DNA from: Podarcis melisellensis
Lineage: Eukaryota
Assembly: GCA_964234715.1 (NCBI GenBank)
Contig: OZ174279.1
DNA length: 64,000 bases
Strand: one strand, 5' to 3'
Shown: piece after piece, positions 1 to 12,700 of the stretch
How the letters are laid out: each line of letters begins with the position of its first letter
Numbering within the stretch: the stretch's first letter is position 1
Notes under the pieces: model-generated
What the model was told of the DNA's origin: nothing
Seen by the model: only the letters and a program-made list of their open reading frames with translations
The model's database searches: none
Translations under genes and position numbers: made by a program

Positions 1-25
1 TTGCAACTTGCCACTGCTAGCTAGC

Positions 26-430
26 TATTTATTTATTTATTTATCTATTTATTTATTTATTTATGCATGCATGCTATACAACACCTACCCTCCTAAAGGA
101 GCCCAGGGCAGCTGATGTCAACTGATAAAATAATAAAATATATTTTAAGTATCTTTAAAAAAAAACTTTGAAATAATGCCAGTACAATTCCAAAAGCCTT
201 GTTGGAAGAGGAAAGTCATCAGTATGTGCTGAAAAGACAACTAAGATGACTCCTGCCTAATATATAAGGGGAAGGAATTTCAAAGGGTAGGTGCCACAAC
301 ACTAAAGGCCCATTTCCTATATTGTACAGAATGGACCTTCTGATAAGGTAGTCTATGCAGAATGCCCTCACTTGCAGAGCTCAGGGATCAACTAGGTATA
401 TGAACTGGGTGAGACAATCTTTTGGGACTT
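26..430 (-). mobile_element. L2 LINE 3' fragment with (TAAA)n tail
   Basis: (TTTA)n at 26-64 followed by the reverse complement of a typical squamate L2 3' end (ggaatttcaaagggtaggtgccacaacactaaaggccc). Confidence 0.6.
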
Positions 431-1117
431 TCACTGTTGAAATAACTAATTTAACATTTTCCAATGGGGAGCACTTCCCCTACTTTCCTTTTGTTGAGGT
501 TTCCCAAGGAATCTGTGCCCAGTCCTCTGCCATACTCTCTCTACGCTGGTCCTAGGTGACATCAAATCAAATCATTTTCAGAACCACCTATATGCTGATA
601 GCATGAAGCTCTGTTTCTCCTTGTGCAAGCATTGGTCTCCAGCTGCCTATCAGATACTTCTGTTAAGAACATTGCAATTTACAATGTTTTCTTGTTCAAA
701 ATGGAACTTCTTATGTTTCACCCCAAGTCTTCCGCTCACTTGTACTCTCTTCATATCCATTGAGAGGTCACTATCCCCACTAGGATCAGGTAAGAAACCC
801 TGGCTTTGAATTAGTTTTCTCACTCTCTTTTACAGTACATAATCAGCTCGTAACTAAGCCACTGTTGTGTCTTCTGGTAAAACACTGTAAAAATATGTCC
901 TTTCCTCTCATCATTTGGTCATGCCCCACCTGGACTACAACAACCTTTTCCTCCCTGGCTTCAGTCCTCTCAGCTCTGCCTACAATTCTTCAAGCAAAAT
1001 TGCTTGTCACTCTCAACATACATATTTTGTTACAGATAGGTAGCTGTGTTGGTCTGCCATAGTCAAAACAAAAAAAATTCCTTCCAGTAGCACCTTAAAG
1101 ACCAACTAAGTGAGTTC

Positions 1118-1161
1118 TTGGTATGAGCTTTCGTGTGCATGCACACTTCTTCAGATACCAA
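1118..1161 (-). ncRNA. Minimal type-I hammerhead ribozyme motif
   Basis: Minus strand reads TTGGTAT-CTGAAGA-A-GTGTG(CATG)CACAC-GAAA-GCTC-ATACCAA: 7-bp stem I, CUGANGA core, stem II, GAAA, loopless palindromic stem III (AGCU) and a CUC cleavage triplet. Confidence 0.8.
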
Positions 1162-1171
1162 CTTCTTCAGA

Positions 1172-1207
1172 TATCTGAAGAAGTGTGCATGCACACGAAA
1201 GCTCATA
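1172..1207 (+). ncRNA. Minimal type-I hammerhead ribozyme motif (short stem I)
   Basis: TAT-CTGAAGA-A-GTGTG(CATG)CACAC-GAAA-GCTC-ATA; mirror copy of 1118-1161 with only a 3-bp stem I. Confidence 0.65.
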
Positions 1208-2090
1208 CCAAGAACTAACTTAGTTGGTCTTTAAGGTGCTACTGGAAGGAATACAAATTTTGTGTCACACTACTTAAAACCTACACTCGCTTCGTCGTCA
1301 TCCATTGCCTCCCTCTTCCCATTTTGAATTTTAGATTTGTAAACTCTTTGGAGCAATCATCAACTGCTTTTTTCCTCACCCCTGACACTGATCACCATGC
1401 AAACAATTGATGTTGCCCATAGAAACTGGAATAAAAGTAGCCCCAAAGATTGAAATGTAAGCGAAAAACGCACCTCCAAATAATCTGTGGAAGAATGGAT
1501 ACAAGAGAAACAGCATCTTGAGATGTAAAATCTGATATGGAAAGTTAAGCCACAAAATATTTTGAATCAGAAAAATAGCATTCAAAACCTGTTTGGCGTT
1601 GTTTTATTAAGACTCTTTAAAACTGACTATCTGACAGAGCTACTGCACAAAAATCATTTTTCCCCAGTCATTTCGACAAGATTCTTTGTAGCTAATCTAG
1701 ACTAAATGTTGTAGATTATTATAACCTAATTCACGTATTTCAGAATTCAATCATCCACCCTATTAAATTTTCTCATAGTCACTTTATAAGCAGTCAAAAG
1801 CAGTCCAATTCATTTGAAGCTATAGTGACAAATAAGCAGGGCACTTTGAGCCTGTGTAATGGAACAGTTATAAAAAACAGCTTTAAACAAAATGAACAGT
1901 AATGCACAATCACCTTACACAACAGGAATCAAAATAACCTGCAAGCTTCTTTATTATTATTATTTCAGTTGAAAGTGTCGAGACTAATAATAATAACAAC
2001 AACAACGTTTGTAGGTTGTTTTGATTCCTATTGTGAAAGGTGATTGTACATTACTGTTCAAAGAAGAAGGGGGTGAAGCACCAAACTTAC

Positions 2091-2183
2091 AGAATGTGAA
2101 GAAAACACATTTCTTCCAACATTCAGACTCCTGCAGAACAGTTAGCTATACCGATAGAAGTTATTTTCATTGCAGCAAGTACC
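2091..2183 (-). other. Candidate 5'-UTR exon (93 nt) of the unidentified minus-strand gene
   Basis: Minus strand shows branch-point-like TTCTAAC, acceptor tttctgttttgtttAG|GG and donor TTCT|GTAAGT. All three frames contain a stop. Confidence 0.6.
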
Positions 2184-2626
2184 CTAAACAAAACAGAAAT
2201 CAATAAATGTTCAGTTAGAATTCACAACATGTACAAAGGATAGACAAAATGAAGTACACTACCCTTAAGATAGTGGGTGCTTTATTCCCCTACCATTTTA
2301 ATTACTATCCCCCGATTAAATAGAAACCCACTAAGCGAGGATGTTACAGTGAACGCCTGCAATTTACTTCAGTCGCATAGCAATGCTGCAGGTCTCATTC
2401 AAATATTATGAAAGTCCAAACACACCAAAACACATGAACACTTATATGTCTGCACTTAGCAGTGCTCAGGAAATGGGGGGAAAATATAAATCGATTTTCC
2501 TGCATTCATATCTTGAATTGTCAGCATTGAATTGGTGTTTCCCAGCATACCTCATACTTTCAGAGTTGTAATATGCCAATCAATAAACCTTACATTATTA
2601 TTTGATGCAAAACAATGCATGTCTAC

Positions 2627-2763
2627 CTGGTGTGGGGAACCTTTGGCCTACCATATGCTGGTGAACTACAGCTCCCATCCTTCCTAGCCATTGGCTGTGC
2701 TTGCTGGGGTTGATGGGAGTTATAGTTCAGTAACATCTGGAAGGCCAAAGGTTACCCAGACCT
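2627..2763. mobile_element. Short palindromic squamate MITE (hAT-like)
   Basis: gggaacctttggcc...actacagctcccatc...gatgggagttatagt...ggccaaaggtt self-complementary. Related copies at ~5745-5872, 6157-6245, 12888-12976, 26502-26620, 28350-28440 and 41581-41713. Confidence 0.6.
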
Positions 2764-4312
2764 AATACACATTTAAAAAAGAGATCAGATTGGCATTTTT
2801 GCATTCCAAGTTGCTCTCTCCACATATAGTTACAGTGGTCAGGGAGTTCTAACCCAAGCCAACTCTAATCCTAGCCTAGCTCCCCTGGCAAGGGTAACCC
2901 AGATGTTTATACTTTTGAGTCCTTTCTGCTTACTTCTTCCCACTCATCAATATGAACAAAGGCTCATCAGGGCCCAGATTGGTTTTCCACATGAATGCAC
3001 CCCTAAGTGCAAGTCATTTAGTAAATTAGAGTGTATCTAAGCATGCACAGTGCATCTTCCTCACTACTTTGTTTTTAGAAGCTGCTCCTACACGTTTGAT
3101 TGGCAAGATGGGATATTCTAACCAGCAAAATGTTACTGGGAATCTTTAGTCCCAGCACCTCTCTTTTGAGAAACTATGTAATGTTCCTCGCACACTTAAA
3201 AACTATGTATATCTGGGGGGTCATGGCATGTCTTCTAGGTTCCTGCAAAATAAGATACAATTAAAGCTTGTAGCACCCATGCTACCATGCAAAGAACTGC
3301 AGCCTATGTAGATATGGTACTTTTTGCACAGGAAGGTGACATGTGGACATGAGAAATCTAATAGAGCTTTGTTTCTGATCATATCCAAAAGAGGGAGTCA
3401 AGACTGCTCTGTTGAATTTACTTGATTAATCACATTCTACATTCATGTTTATTTTAGGGTTTCCAGTACACTGTTACTGTTACACAGTAGAGGCGGGTTG
3501 GATTTGACACGAAATAAAGAAAAAAGAAGGGGATGGAATAGAAGTGAAAGTTCTTTACATTGTAAACTATGGTCTGTATGAGTGAACTCTGGGAATCATG
3601 CACCATTTTCCAAGAAAATGTATTTAAATGAGATATTCACTTTAAAAATGAGTATCATAATTGATTGAAAACTCAACATTTATTATAGAGCAATAAATAT
3701 AAATTGTTGCTATGGCTATATGACTTTAGGATTTTATTCCTTCTTGCTACCTTAAGTTGCTTAGGTAGACTAATATTTTAAAATATCATCGTGATTTCTT
3801 AAATAATCAATCAGAAAAAATAGTTGTATAAATAATTTATAGCTACAACTAATAATAAAATCAGACTATTAAAATTTATAGACGTGCAACCTGCATGTTA
3901 TCACAACTGCTAGTTTTTTACATTCTGCCCTCTAACTGTAGATTCGAAATCTCTTTTATCCTCATCCATTCTACCAAACCTAATTTCGGTACCTGACCAA
4001 TGCACGTTTCCTCTTGTCTCTGTTTTTTCCTCCTTGAGCGTAGCAAAGCAGAAAAACCAGAGCTGAATTACAAAAAGGCATAAAAAGAGGGGGAGAGAGG
4101 AGATAGGTGCCTCGACTGAGAAACAGATTGTCTTTCACTGGGATTGCTCTCTCTCTCTAGTGCTAAGGTTTTGAAGAAGAAAATACCATTTCATTCTAAC
4201 TTTGCCTATATAAATCCATCTATTTAATGGCAGAAAGTAAAACATCAAGCGAATGCATAATAGTCCAAGTCTAATTCAAAGCAGTATACAGAGACTAATG
4301 TCAAATCTTTAC

Positions 4313-4539
4313 CTAGCAACAATGACAGAAACAAACAAAAATATATCATACCCAGGGAATTCAGTGGTACTGCAACAGTCAAAACTCAGAACTATCACCA
4401 ATCTTACATCTACAATGCACCCACATTGGTGAATACAGGGTCTCTGTATGTGTAACTTAAGGTATATTGCACAATGTGTTGTGTTTTTTGTTTTGTTTTG
4501 GTCAGCTACACTGCAATTTCTGTAACTTTCACAGCTGGC
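4313..4539 (-). other. Candidate 5'-UTR exon (227 nt) of the unidentified minus-strand gene
   Basis: Acceptor tttctttttaatttgcAG|GCC and donor GCTAG|GTAAAG on the minus strand; non-repetitive sequence. Confidence 0.6.
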
Positions 4540-5258
4540 CTGCAAATTAAAAAAGAAACACACACAAGGTGATAGACAGCTCTTTTCTAAGGTCTCACAA
4601 GCAGAATTAAAAACCCGCTAGGTTTAAACTTTTCAATTTGCTACTTAACAGTTGAATAAACAACAGATACCCAGTACTGTATGTTTCCTATCGAATCCAC
4701 ACTTCAAAGCAATATGAAACCCCTTGAATGCTTCTGCTCCATCAATCAAAATGAAACTTGAATTAAGACTAATAGTCAGACATCTGTTTTGCTTGCTTTT
4801 TTTTTACCCACTTTTCAGAGTAGATAAAAAATGATTATTTCTTACAAAAATAATACACCCAGATGTTTTTGTTTTAAAAAGGATGTAAAAAACTTTAAAC
4901 CATAGCCTTTCTACATTTGTTTGCTGTTTTTGTGTGGGTAGGACTGGTTCAGGGAAAGTGTGAAGCATGAAGAAGCAACCCTAGGAAGAAGTGAATGCAA
5001 CAGTTGTCCATTATGCCTATTCCCATGTTCCCTTATCTGGGCTGAAATCCTACACCCACTTGACAGGGAGTAAGCTGCATAGAAGTTAATAAGAGTCTTC
5101 CAACTCGAAACTAGATTGAGACCTTGACCTAACAAATTGTTATGGGTGCTTAGTCCTAACAAAGAACCTATTTGGAAATATTTTTAATACATTCCCCTTG
5201 TAGGTTAAATAAAAGGGAAAGAAATGTAAAATGTATACAGTGCAACAAAGAGATGCAA

Positions 5259-5295
<37 letters not shown>

Positions 5296-5580
5296 ACCCC
5301 GCCCATCTGGCTGGGATTCCCCAGCCAACTCTGGGTGGCTCCCAACAGAATATTAAAAACATGATAAAACATCAAACATTGAAAACTACTCTAAACAGAG
5401 GTGCCTTTAGATGTCTTCTAAAAGTCAGATAGTTGTTTATTTCCTTGACATCTGACGGGAGGGTGTTCCACAGGGCAGGCACCACTGCCGAGAAGGCCCT
5501 CTGCCTGGTTCCCTGTAACCTCTCTTCTCACAGTGAGGGAACCACCAGAAGGCCCTCAGAGCTGGACCTCAGTGTCGGGG
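5259..5580 (-). mobile_element. 5'-truncated L2 LINE 3' end with (ATC)n tail
   Basis: (GAT)n at 5259-5294, then ccccgcccatctggctggg...ccagccaactctgggtggct...gagggtgttccacagggcaggcaccac, a lacertid L2-type end. Possible TSD tgcaaga(a)tga at 5254 and 5585. Confidence 0.7.
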
Positions 5581-8055
5581 CGGCTGCAAGAATGAAACAT
5601 AGGTTGTTGTATGCACTATAGCTTTGAATCACATTCAAAACACAGGGGGTGAACTGCAATGTCAGAGACTTCTTTAAGAGAAAGAATGTGTTCCGAATGT
5701 GTTCTAAAGGGTTGTGTGTGTGTTTGTGTGTGTACATCACGGATGGTGAACCTGTGGTGCTTCCATGTATCACTGGACTACAACTCTCATAAATCCTGGC
5801 CAATGTCCATGCTGGTGCCTGACGGGAGTTGAAGCTCAAAAACATCAGGCGGGCTGCAGGTTCCCCACCATGTAAATAATACTCTGTTTTGCTGGAAGTG
5901 ACATGGTTCATGATCCAATTTGCACCATTGTTTAAGAAATACAAGAGGGAAATGAGATCTAAATCAATCCACCCTGCTGCTTTCACAAGAGGTCAAGAAG
6001 TAGTAACAGAAACTTTTAAGCTAGGTCAGAAAAAGGAATCCATATCTTTTTCATTTTTATTTTAAATAGCTGGCAGGTATCCACCCTACAGCACAAGGAT
6101 ACATTAATTCTTTTTCGCTAGCCTGCACCCAACAAAACAATCCACAATTATACTAGTGGTCATCCCTGACCACTGGTCCTGTTAGCTAGGGATCATGGGA
6201 GTTGTAGTCCCAAAACACCTGGAGGGCCGAGTTTACCTATGCCTGCACTAGTTAACAGGCTTCCCAACAGTGAGCATTATAGTTATATCTGGAAATGTTA
6301 CAAAATGCAGGAAGTGGAAGTGTCTCCACACCCTGACTCACTCTGAGAGCTGCTCCCACAAAGTAGGTCAAGTTTAAAAAGTTGATACAATCAGATCATG
6401 TTCCTGTGTGTTAGAAGTTTTTTTTTTTTAATGAATATACATTTTGCCTTAAAGTTATAAAACCCTTTTGTTCTGCTCTGTGTGCAAGTTCTAACAAGTT
6501 GCAATTTTTTAAAAAAACTATTTAATTTATGTGAATTAAATTTGCTGCCAAGGATAAGAGATTTGCCAAACAGCTCTGCTTTTGGAACAGGTAACATATT
6601 TCAGAACCCTTTTACTCTATTTGCAAATATAATTGCCTAGGAAACTTCCATAAACAAATGGATACTTTTTACATTACAGATGAAAATAGAAATACTGTAC
6701 TGTTTTGTAAATTGGCTTTAGTAAGACCTTAAAAATGTAGGGAAACAGATGTATCCCAATAATTCATAAGTATTCTCATTGACTTACATATCATAACCCT
6801 GCATATATTATTAACTGGTACTCTTTTTTTAAAGAGTAAAACAGCAATGAACAGAAACAATAAACTCGACAAAATATCTTGCTTTCAGAAGTATTTTACA
6901 TTTGACACACAATATATTTTACCCAATGTGTGAAATTCAAAACATTCTTTTTGAAATCCCCTGTTGCCCTAATTAAAAATTATGAAGTATCAAGAGGTAT
7001 TCTTGTCATGGAATTAACCAAAATTCCCAAATGAATTCTCATAACATTTCAGTCCAATTAGGCAAACTAGCATTCCAAGGTTCTTAAGATTTTGTAAAGT
7101 GCTTTTGGACTGTCTCCCCACACATATTTGCGCATTTTAATAAAAGCAGCTTAAAACAAATAGTGGCAGCAACAAGAAAACCAGTATCTTGGGGCTGCAT
7201 AGGAGTAAGTGCTGTAGAAGCCTGTAGAACTGTTTTCCTACAAAAATGTGCTGCAGTTTTCCATAATATTTCTGCAAAGATGCTTTTGGGTCAGTATATT
7301 ACATGTGGCTATTTGAGGGAATGTTTTCAACTCAACTTTAAATTTTACCTTTTTTGCATGTTATAAATATAGAGTTTTTAGAATCACAAGAACAGTTACA
7401 TAATGCAATATGTATTATTATGGTGTGTCTAGGGGAGAACCTTTAATTACAGTTATAGTACACACACACAAACACACACACACATATATAGCAAGCTCCA
7501 TCATAAAAATAAGATGAGTGTGTTGCATATAAGAAAAGCTTTATAGTTAATAAATTTATAAAGTGTTTGTGACTCGCTCTATATCACATCTAAATTTCCA
7601 CAGCAGCTAGGATATCATTTAAAGTGTTGGTAAACAACATCGTATGGATATATGATCCCATCAGTTAGAATATTTTGAATTATTAGTATGATGGTGGGAA
7701 TAGAAGTTAAACAGGAACACACACATACACTTGGTGAATCAGCAGTGGTAAATGGAAGCTTGATTATCCACATATAAGGGGAGGCAATTCTACACACAGC
7801 TCTTCATGTTTATTGACATCACAAATTTCTAATGACCTAACCCATTTTCTAGCTGGACTCATATTCAATATTTTTACTTCTCCTCCCAACTTTTAAGCCA
7901 GTCAGGAGGAAAGGAGAGTCTTGGTTAAGTTTCCATTTCCCTTCAGTTGCTAGGTTCCCAAGATGTATGTATGTCTGTTCTGCACACGATATCCTGAGCA
8001 AAACATCCCCTTGTACTTTTAACCTTCCTGTGAACTTTTGATTTGCCTATGCCTG

Positions 8056-9731
8056 GACTTCCGGGTTGGCGCCATCGCCGAATGGCGGACTCCCTCCGAG
8101 CTCCGGAGGGAGCCTGCTCGGCAGGGGTTGGGTCCTCCCGCGCCGGCGACGCGGGGACCCTCAAAAACCATGGGCGCTGAAACCCATGGACATGGTGACT
8201 CGGCTGGCACCTTTTAAGCCCCCCCTCGACCCGCGAAGGAGCCTTTTTAAAGGCTACGGAACGGGTGGCGGGGGGTGGTGGTGCTTTGAGTACTCCGCTT
8301 CCCCTGCCGAGCGAAGCCGCATGCCATTCGACGGAGAGCGCTGACTTCTTCTATTGGAAATTCGGATTCAAAGTACAACCCGTGAGTAATTGGAACTTGG
8401 ACTAAAAAGGGTGATAAATTTATAAAAAATTTGGAACGAGCGGGGAGGGCGTAAAAAGGAAGTCAGCCCCCCCCCCCTGTTGTAGAGGAGCTAAAGTAAA
8501 GGACTTAACATCTAAGATCGAGCGCAACCCTATTTTGATAAAGTTATTAAATTTCGTGATGGAAAATTATAAGACTGAGCTGGAGGAGAATAGTGGAATT
8601 GAATCAAAAAGCAACCCCCCCACGGAACCTGGGAGCGTCTTTGTTAGAGCGCCCGGAGAAGACAAGGAGAGGTTTTGACAGCTGTCAAAGAGCTGTCAAA
8701 GCAGAAGAACAAAAAGAACTTTGTTGCGAGGACTTTGCCGGTTACATTTGTTATAAATTGGATTTAAAATGCTTAAAACAAGGAATATTAAGTTACTATG
8801 ACTGGTGGTCATGATCTGGAAGGGAACTGAGTTATTGCAATTCACCTAGAGGAGCTGAGGGATATTACAAGTTGTCAGCATTGAATTTGAACAGAACTCT
8901 TTATCTCCTGGGAAACTGCAGAAATGGAACATTATTTTGGCTACAGAGGCTTATACATGTAAAGCAGACAATAGACTTATCTATTGAAGAATGGAAGGGA
9001 CTTGGCATCATGTTTGGTTCCTGAATAACAGAGCCTTTGCAGAGGAATTTAGAGACTTTTGGAATTGGAACATCTGTGCAGGAAAACAGGAAAAGAAAAG
9101 GGGGGGAAAGAGGAGAGAAATCAACAAGAACAACAAGAACAATCGACAACTGGACAAAGTTGGAAGCGGGAACATTTGGGACATCCAGACTTGAAAAAGT
9201 ATAAAGAAGTAAAATTGGAGTTTTTACTCCCAAGTATATAAAAGTCTGGATGGAAAAAATGGGCCTTTTTGAGATAGACTCCTTCCAAGATTGGATATAT
9301 AAAATTAAAGATGACTGGTAAAGGACTATGGTTTAAATAAATGTGGGAGCTCCAGGAAGACATCAGATTTGAGAAATATTGGAGACGCAACCGGAGAAAG
9401 GGGGAGGGTAATTTGGAATCCAAAGGGTGTAAAACTATATTTTATCTTATTACATTTTAATTTATCATGTATATTAAAGGGGAGAACGCGTGGAAGGGAT
9501 TAAGTCGATTTTAGGAGGTGGGCAAATATTTTTAAATTGGGTTAATGACAATAAGTTTAAAATTAGGGATAAGAAATTGCTGAACTTATTTGTAAGAATT
9601 GGAATACAAGAGGGGGAGGGGAGGGGAAGTCTTGGAAAAGATGTTATGGAAAATAAGATTTTAAATTGGGATGTTTTGTTTTTTTTATATTGTTATAATT
9701 GGAAATGCCTAATAAATATTATTAAAAAAAA
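8056..9731 (+). mobile_element. L1/Tx1-like non-LTR retroelement, non-autonomous (no intact ORFs)
   Basis: Perfect 17-bp TSD TGATTTGCCTATGCCTG (8039-8055 and 9732-9748); CpG-rich 5' end GACTTCCGGGTTGGCGCC...; A-rich body; AATAAA plus A-tail at ~9711-9731. Confidence 0.8.
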
Positions 9732-12700
9732 TGATTTGCCTATGCCTGAAAGCCTTTAAAACAAAAAGCTACAGTTTTACAACCAAAAACTCAACATAAA
9801 TGGCTGAAAGCCAACACGTACCAGTGTTCATTAGATGTGTCACATTAGCAGTGCCCCAAAAGAGACAAGAGACTAAGATTCTGTGCCCAATTGCATGGAA
9901 TATTTTTTTAGGCACCACAGGTGATCAGGTAAATGCATATTTACATGTCTGAGCTGGTCTAAACTGAGGTTGGAAATTAAAGGTGCTTTGGGCTAAAACA
10001 TTAATATTTACCTAACTAACACGAACCTTACTAACATAAGCCTGTGCAAAGGCCATTCGTGTATTTGCAGGCTATCATTCACAACTTTTACTTGCAGATC
10101 TGCCTTCAATTTTACCAGCTTTATCAAGCCAGAACTACAGCACCATTATTATATTTTCTTATTCAAACAGCAAATTCAGTTCAGTGGAGACATTATATAT
10201 TTTAAGGAAGATAATTACAAATTAGGACAATCAATATAGTTCCCTGATAGCAGTAATATGATAAGGAAACAGCTTGTCTTGTTACTAACCTCAATATGTA
10301 TTTCTGATACCTGGAATATATGCAGAAGACATACTCAACACACTATAAAAATATACTGCTCAAACAAACTCTTGACATTTTAGATCACCATTTCCCATGA
10401 GAAAAACACTTAAATGGGATACAAATCTATCCAAATGAAGATCATGTCAGCAGCACTAAAGCAGCCTTGCAGTACATGATTTCCATTGCAATAACTCTGG
10501 AGACAGAAAATCAAGTGTATTTTTAACTCATGTCTCCCTTTCTCATATCCGATTTTATGGAGATTTGTAGCACAAATCTTCAATGCATGACTACATAATT
10601 AATATCCATGTTTATTTTATTAACCTCCGTAATTCTTGTGACAAATATTCTCTTTTCAGTGTTCTGAGGATATTGAATAACGAGACAAAGTATACTCAGC
10701 CACATCACTAAGGCAGTTTCACACAATCCCAAAACAATTCAAAATATATTCATTTCCAGTCCTGCAAAGTTCTAAGCACACTCTGGGCCTTTGTGAAAGC
10801 AAGGACTAAAAATCTGAGGTTGGTACTGGGGAAATAACCATCCATGATGTGTTGAACTGCAGCATATTCTCATTAGTGGAAGAATAAAATAAAACTTTTT
10901 TATTTATTTTCATATTCTCTTCCACATTTCAACCCACGTTTCTCCAACAGTTGGCAGATCCTAAAAAGCAGCAGCCAGTAGTGGCCGGCAGAGTGGGGTG
11001 AAGTGGCATTGCTTACCTGACTTCCCAACAGGTCACTGCTGGTAACTGAGAGGGGAAGGGGGACAAAGCAGTGGTGTGGTTTGATCCACTGCTGTGCCTG
11101 CACTGCGCCAATCCAACATTCCCTCCATTGTCCCTGCTCCACATCACAGATGCCTCTCCTCTCTGCTACCTCTCCCTGTCCAACACCAGCAATGACCTCC
11201 GAATTGGGAAAACATTCTGCCCTGCCAGCTAATTATGAAAGTTGCAACTACAAAAACCTCTTTTTACACCCACTTGATACAACAACATCATGGATAAATT
11301 GAGGCCTTTAGTCAATTGTCAAGAGACTGAGCTGGGGCATAGGCAAAAGATAGCCTCCAAGTTGTGTTTGGCCCAAGCCATTGAGGCTGTTTCCTCTTTA
11401 CATGTAATAAACCAATATTTCTTGTAGAATATTTGTGAGAGTGTTTCTTGGGTGCACAGCTTTGATAAGGTGTACACTTAGAACAGCATGCACTTGTCTC
11501 CATGCAAAAGGTTTCATTACTCATTGAAAAAATGTATTGGGGATCATATGTGGGGTGGACTGACATAGAGGGTGAATGCATGTAGCAGTTTCCCACAATG
11601 GAAGGCTTTCCCATTGTTGCAGAGAAGTGCTCTGAGAAGAAAAAAAAAGTCAGCTACCACACATCTACCCTGAAATTCAGAATGTAAGGGAAAGGCACAT
11701 CTTTCGTAGTCCAGCATCTTGTTCTCACAAGAATATGATACAATATAATACAAAATCTTTTAAAAAATTAAAATTAATGTAACTCATTTGACACTAAACT
11801 CCAGGAAATGAAGATAATATCACATGGTTGGAGCACACCTGGGTTTGTAGGTATAAGAACAGGCAATGAGTTCTGAATTGCTGAGGTCCCCTATTGAAAC
11901 CATTTTATGTGCCAAGCAACCCCATGTCCTCTGGTCACTAATAGATGAGATAGCCCTGAGTGACAAGGGAATGCCCGTCTCTGTAGATGAGAGGGCCTCC
12001 TAATCATTTATGGATTCATGTGAGTCTATGACAGTCCTGAAATGCTGTAAGCATCAAGTCTTCAAGTTTCCACCTCATTTAGGTAATAATGCTTCTATAC
12101 CACAGCCCTGTATAGACAGCAAGACTATGCATAATAGAAAAGCAATTAATACATCCAAGGGAAAGACAATGCTACTGGAACCAGACATATTTCAGCAGAA
12201 GAACAGCAGGTTAGCAAAAAGTAGCCTGCACTATTTGCTGACTTTCCTGTTCTAAAAAGTTGTGTGTGTTTTTTAAGTCTCTAGTTACCTGATTGAGCAC
12301 TTCAGAAGCAAGCACTTATCAAATGTAACCTAAGCACAGATCAATTACAGTGGCAGCTTCTGTAATCTACGGTCAGCCATGGATACTCTCTAAGGGCCAA
12401 TCCCCCCAAGCAAGCCCCACTGCAGTTAATGAGAAAGTTAAAAAGGCAAATTTGACTTCTACTTTGTATACCTTGAAGAGTCAGTATAAAATTAATTTCC
12501 ACTCTGTGAGAGTAATTTATTTTTAAGACAGCAAATTTCTTGAAAGAGAGCAGTCTATAGCACCATTTCTGAAAGTGCTTATTGATTATCAGCCAGACCT
12601 AACAAGATATTTGACTTCTTGAAACTGTGCTTAATTTCTTTGTCACTGTGCTGCATTTTTCTGATCTGAATTCTTTTCCGGTACTTCTGCCTTCAGAATG

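Larger units (their letters stand above)
1030..1252. mobile_element. Penelope-like element (PLE) terminal remnant in inverted-repeat form
   Basis: 81-bp inverted arms 1077-1157 and 1172-1252 with 1 mismatch, each carrying a CTGAAGA...GAAA hammerhead core. Inverted pseudo-LTRs with minimal hammerheads are typical of PLEs. Confidence 0.8.

Noticed and set aside
5140-5432. Poly-His and poly-Asp ORFs
   Set aside because: Translation of the (GAT)n microsatellite and the L2 tail.
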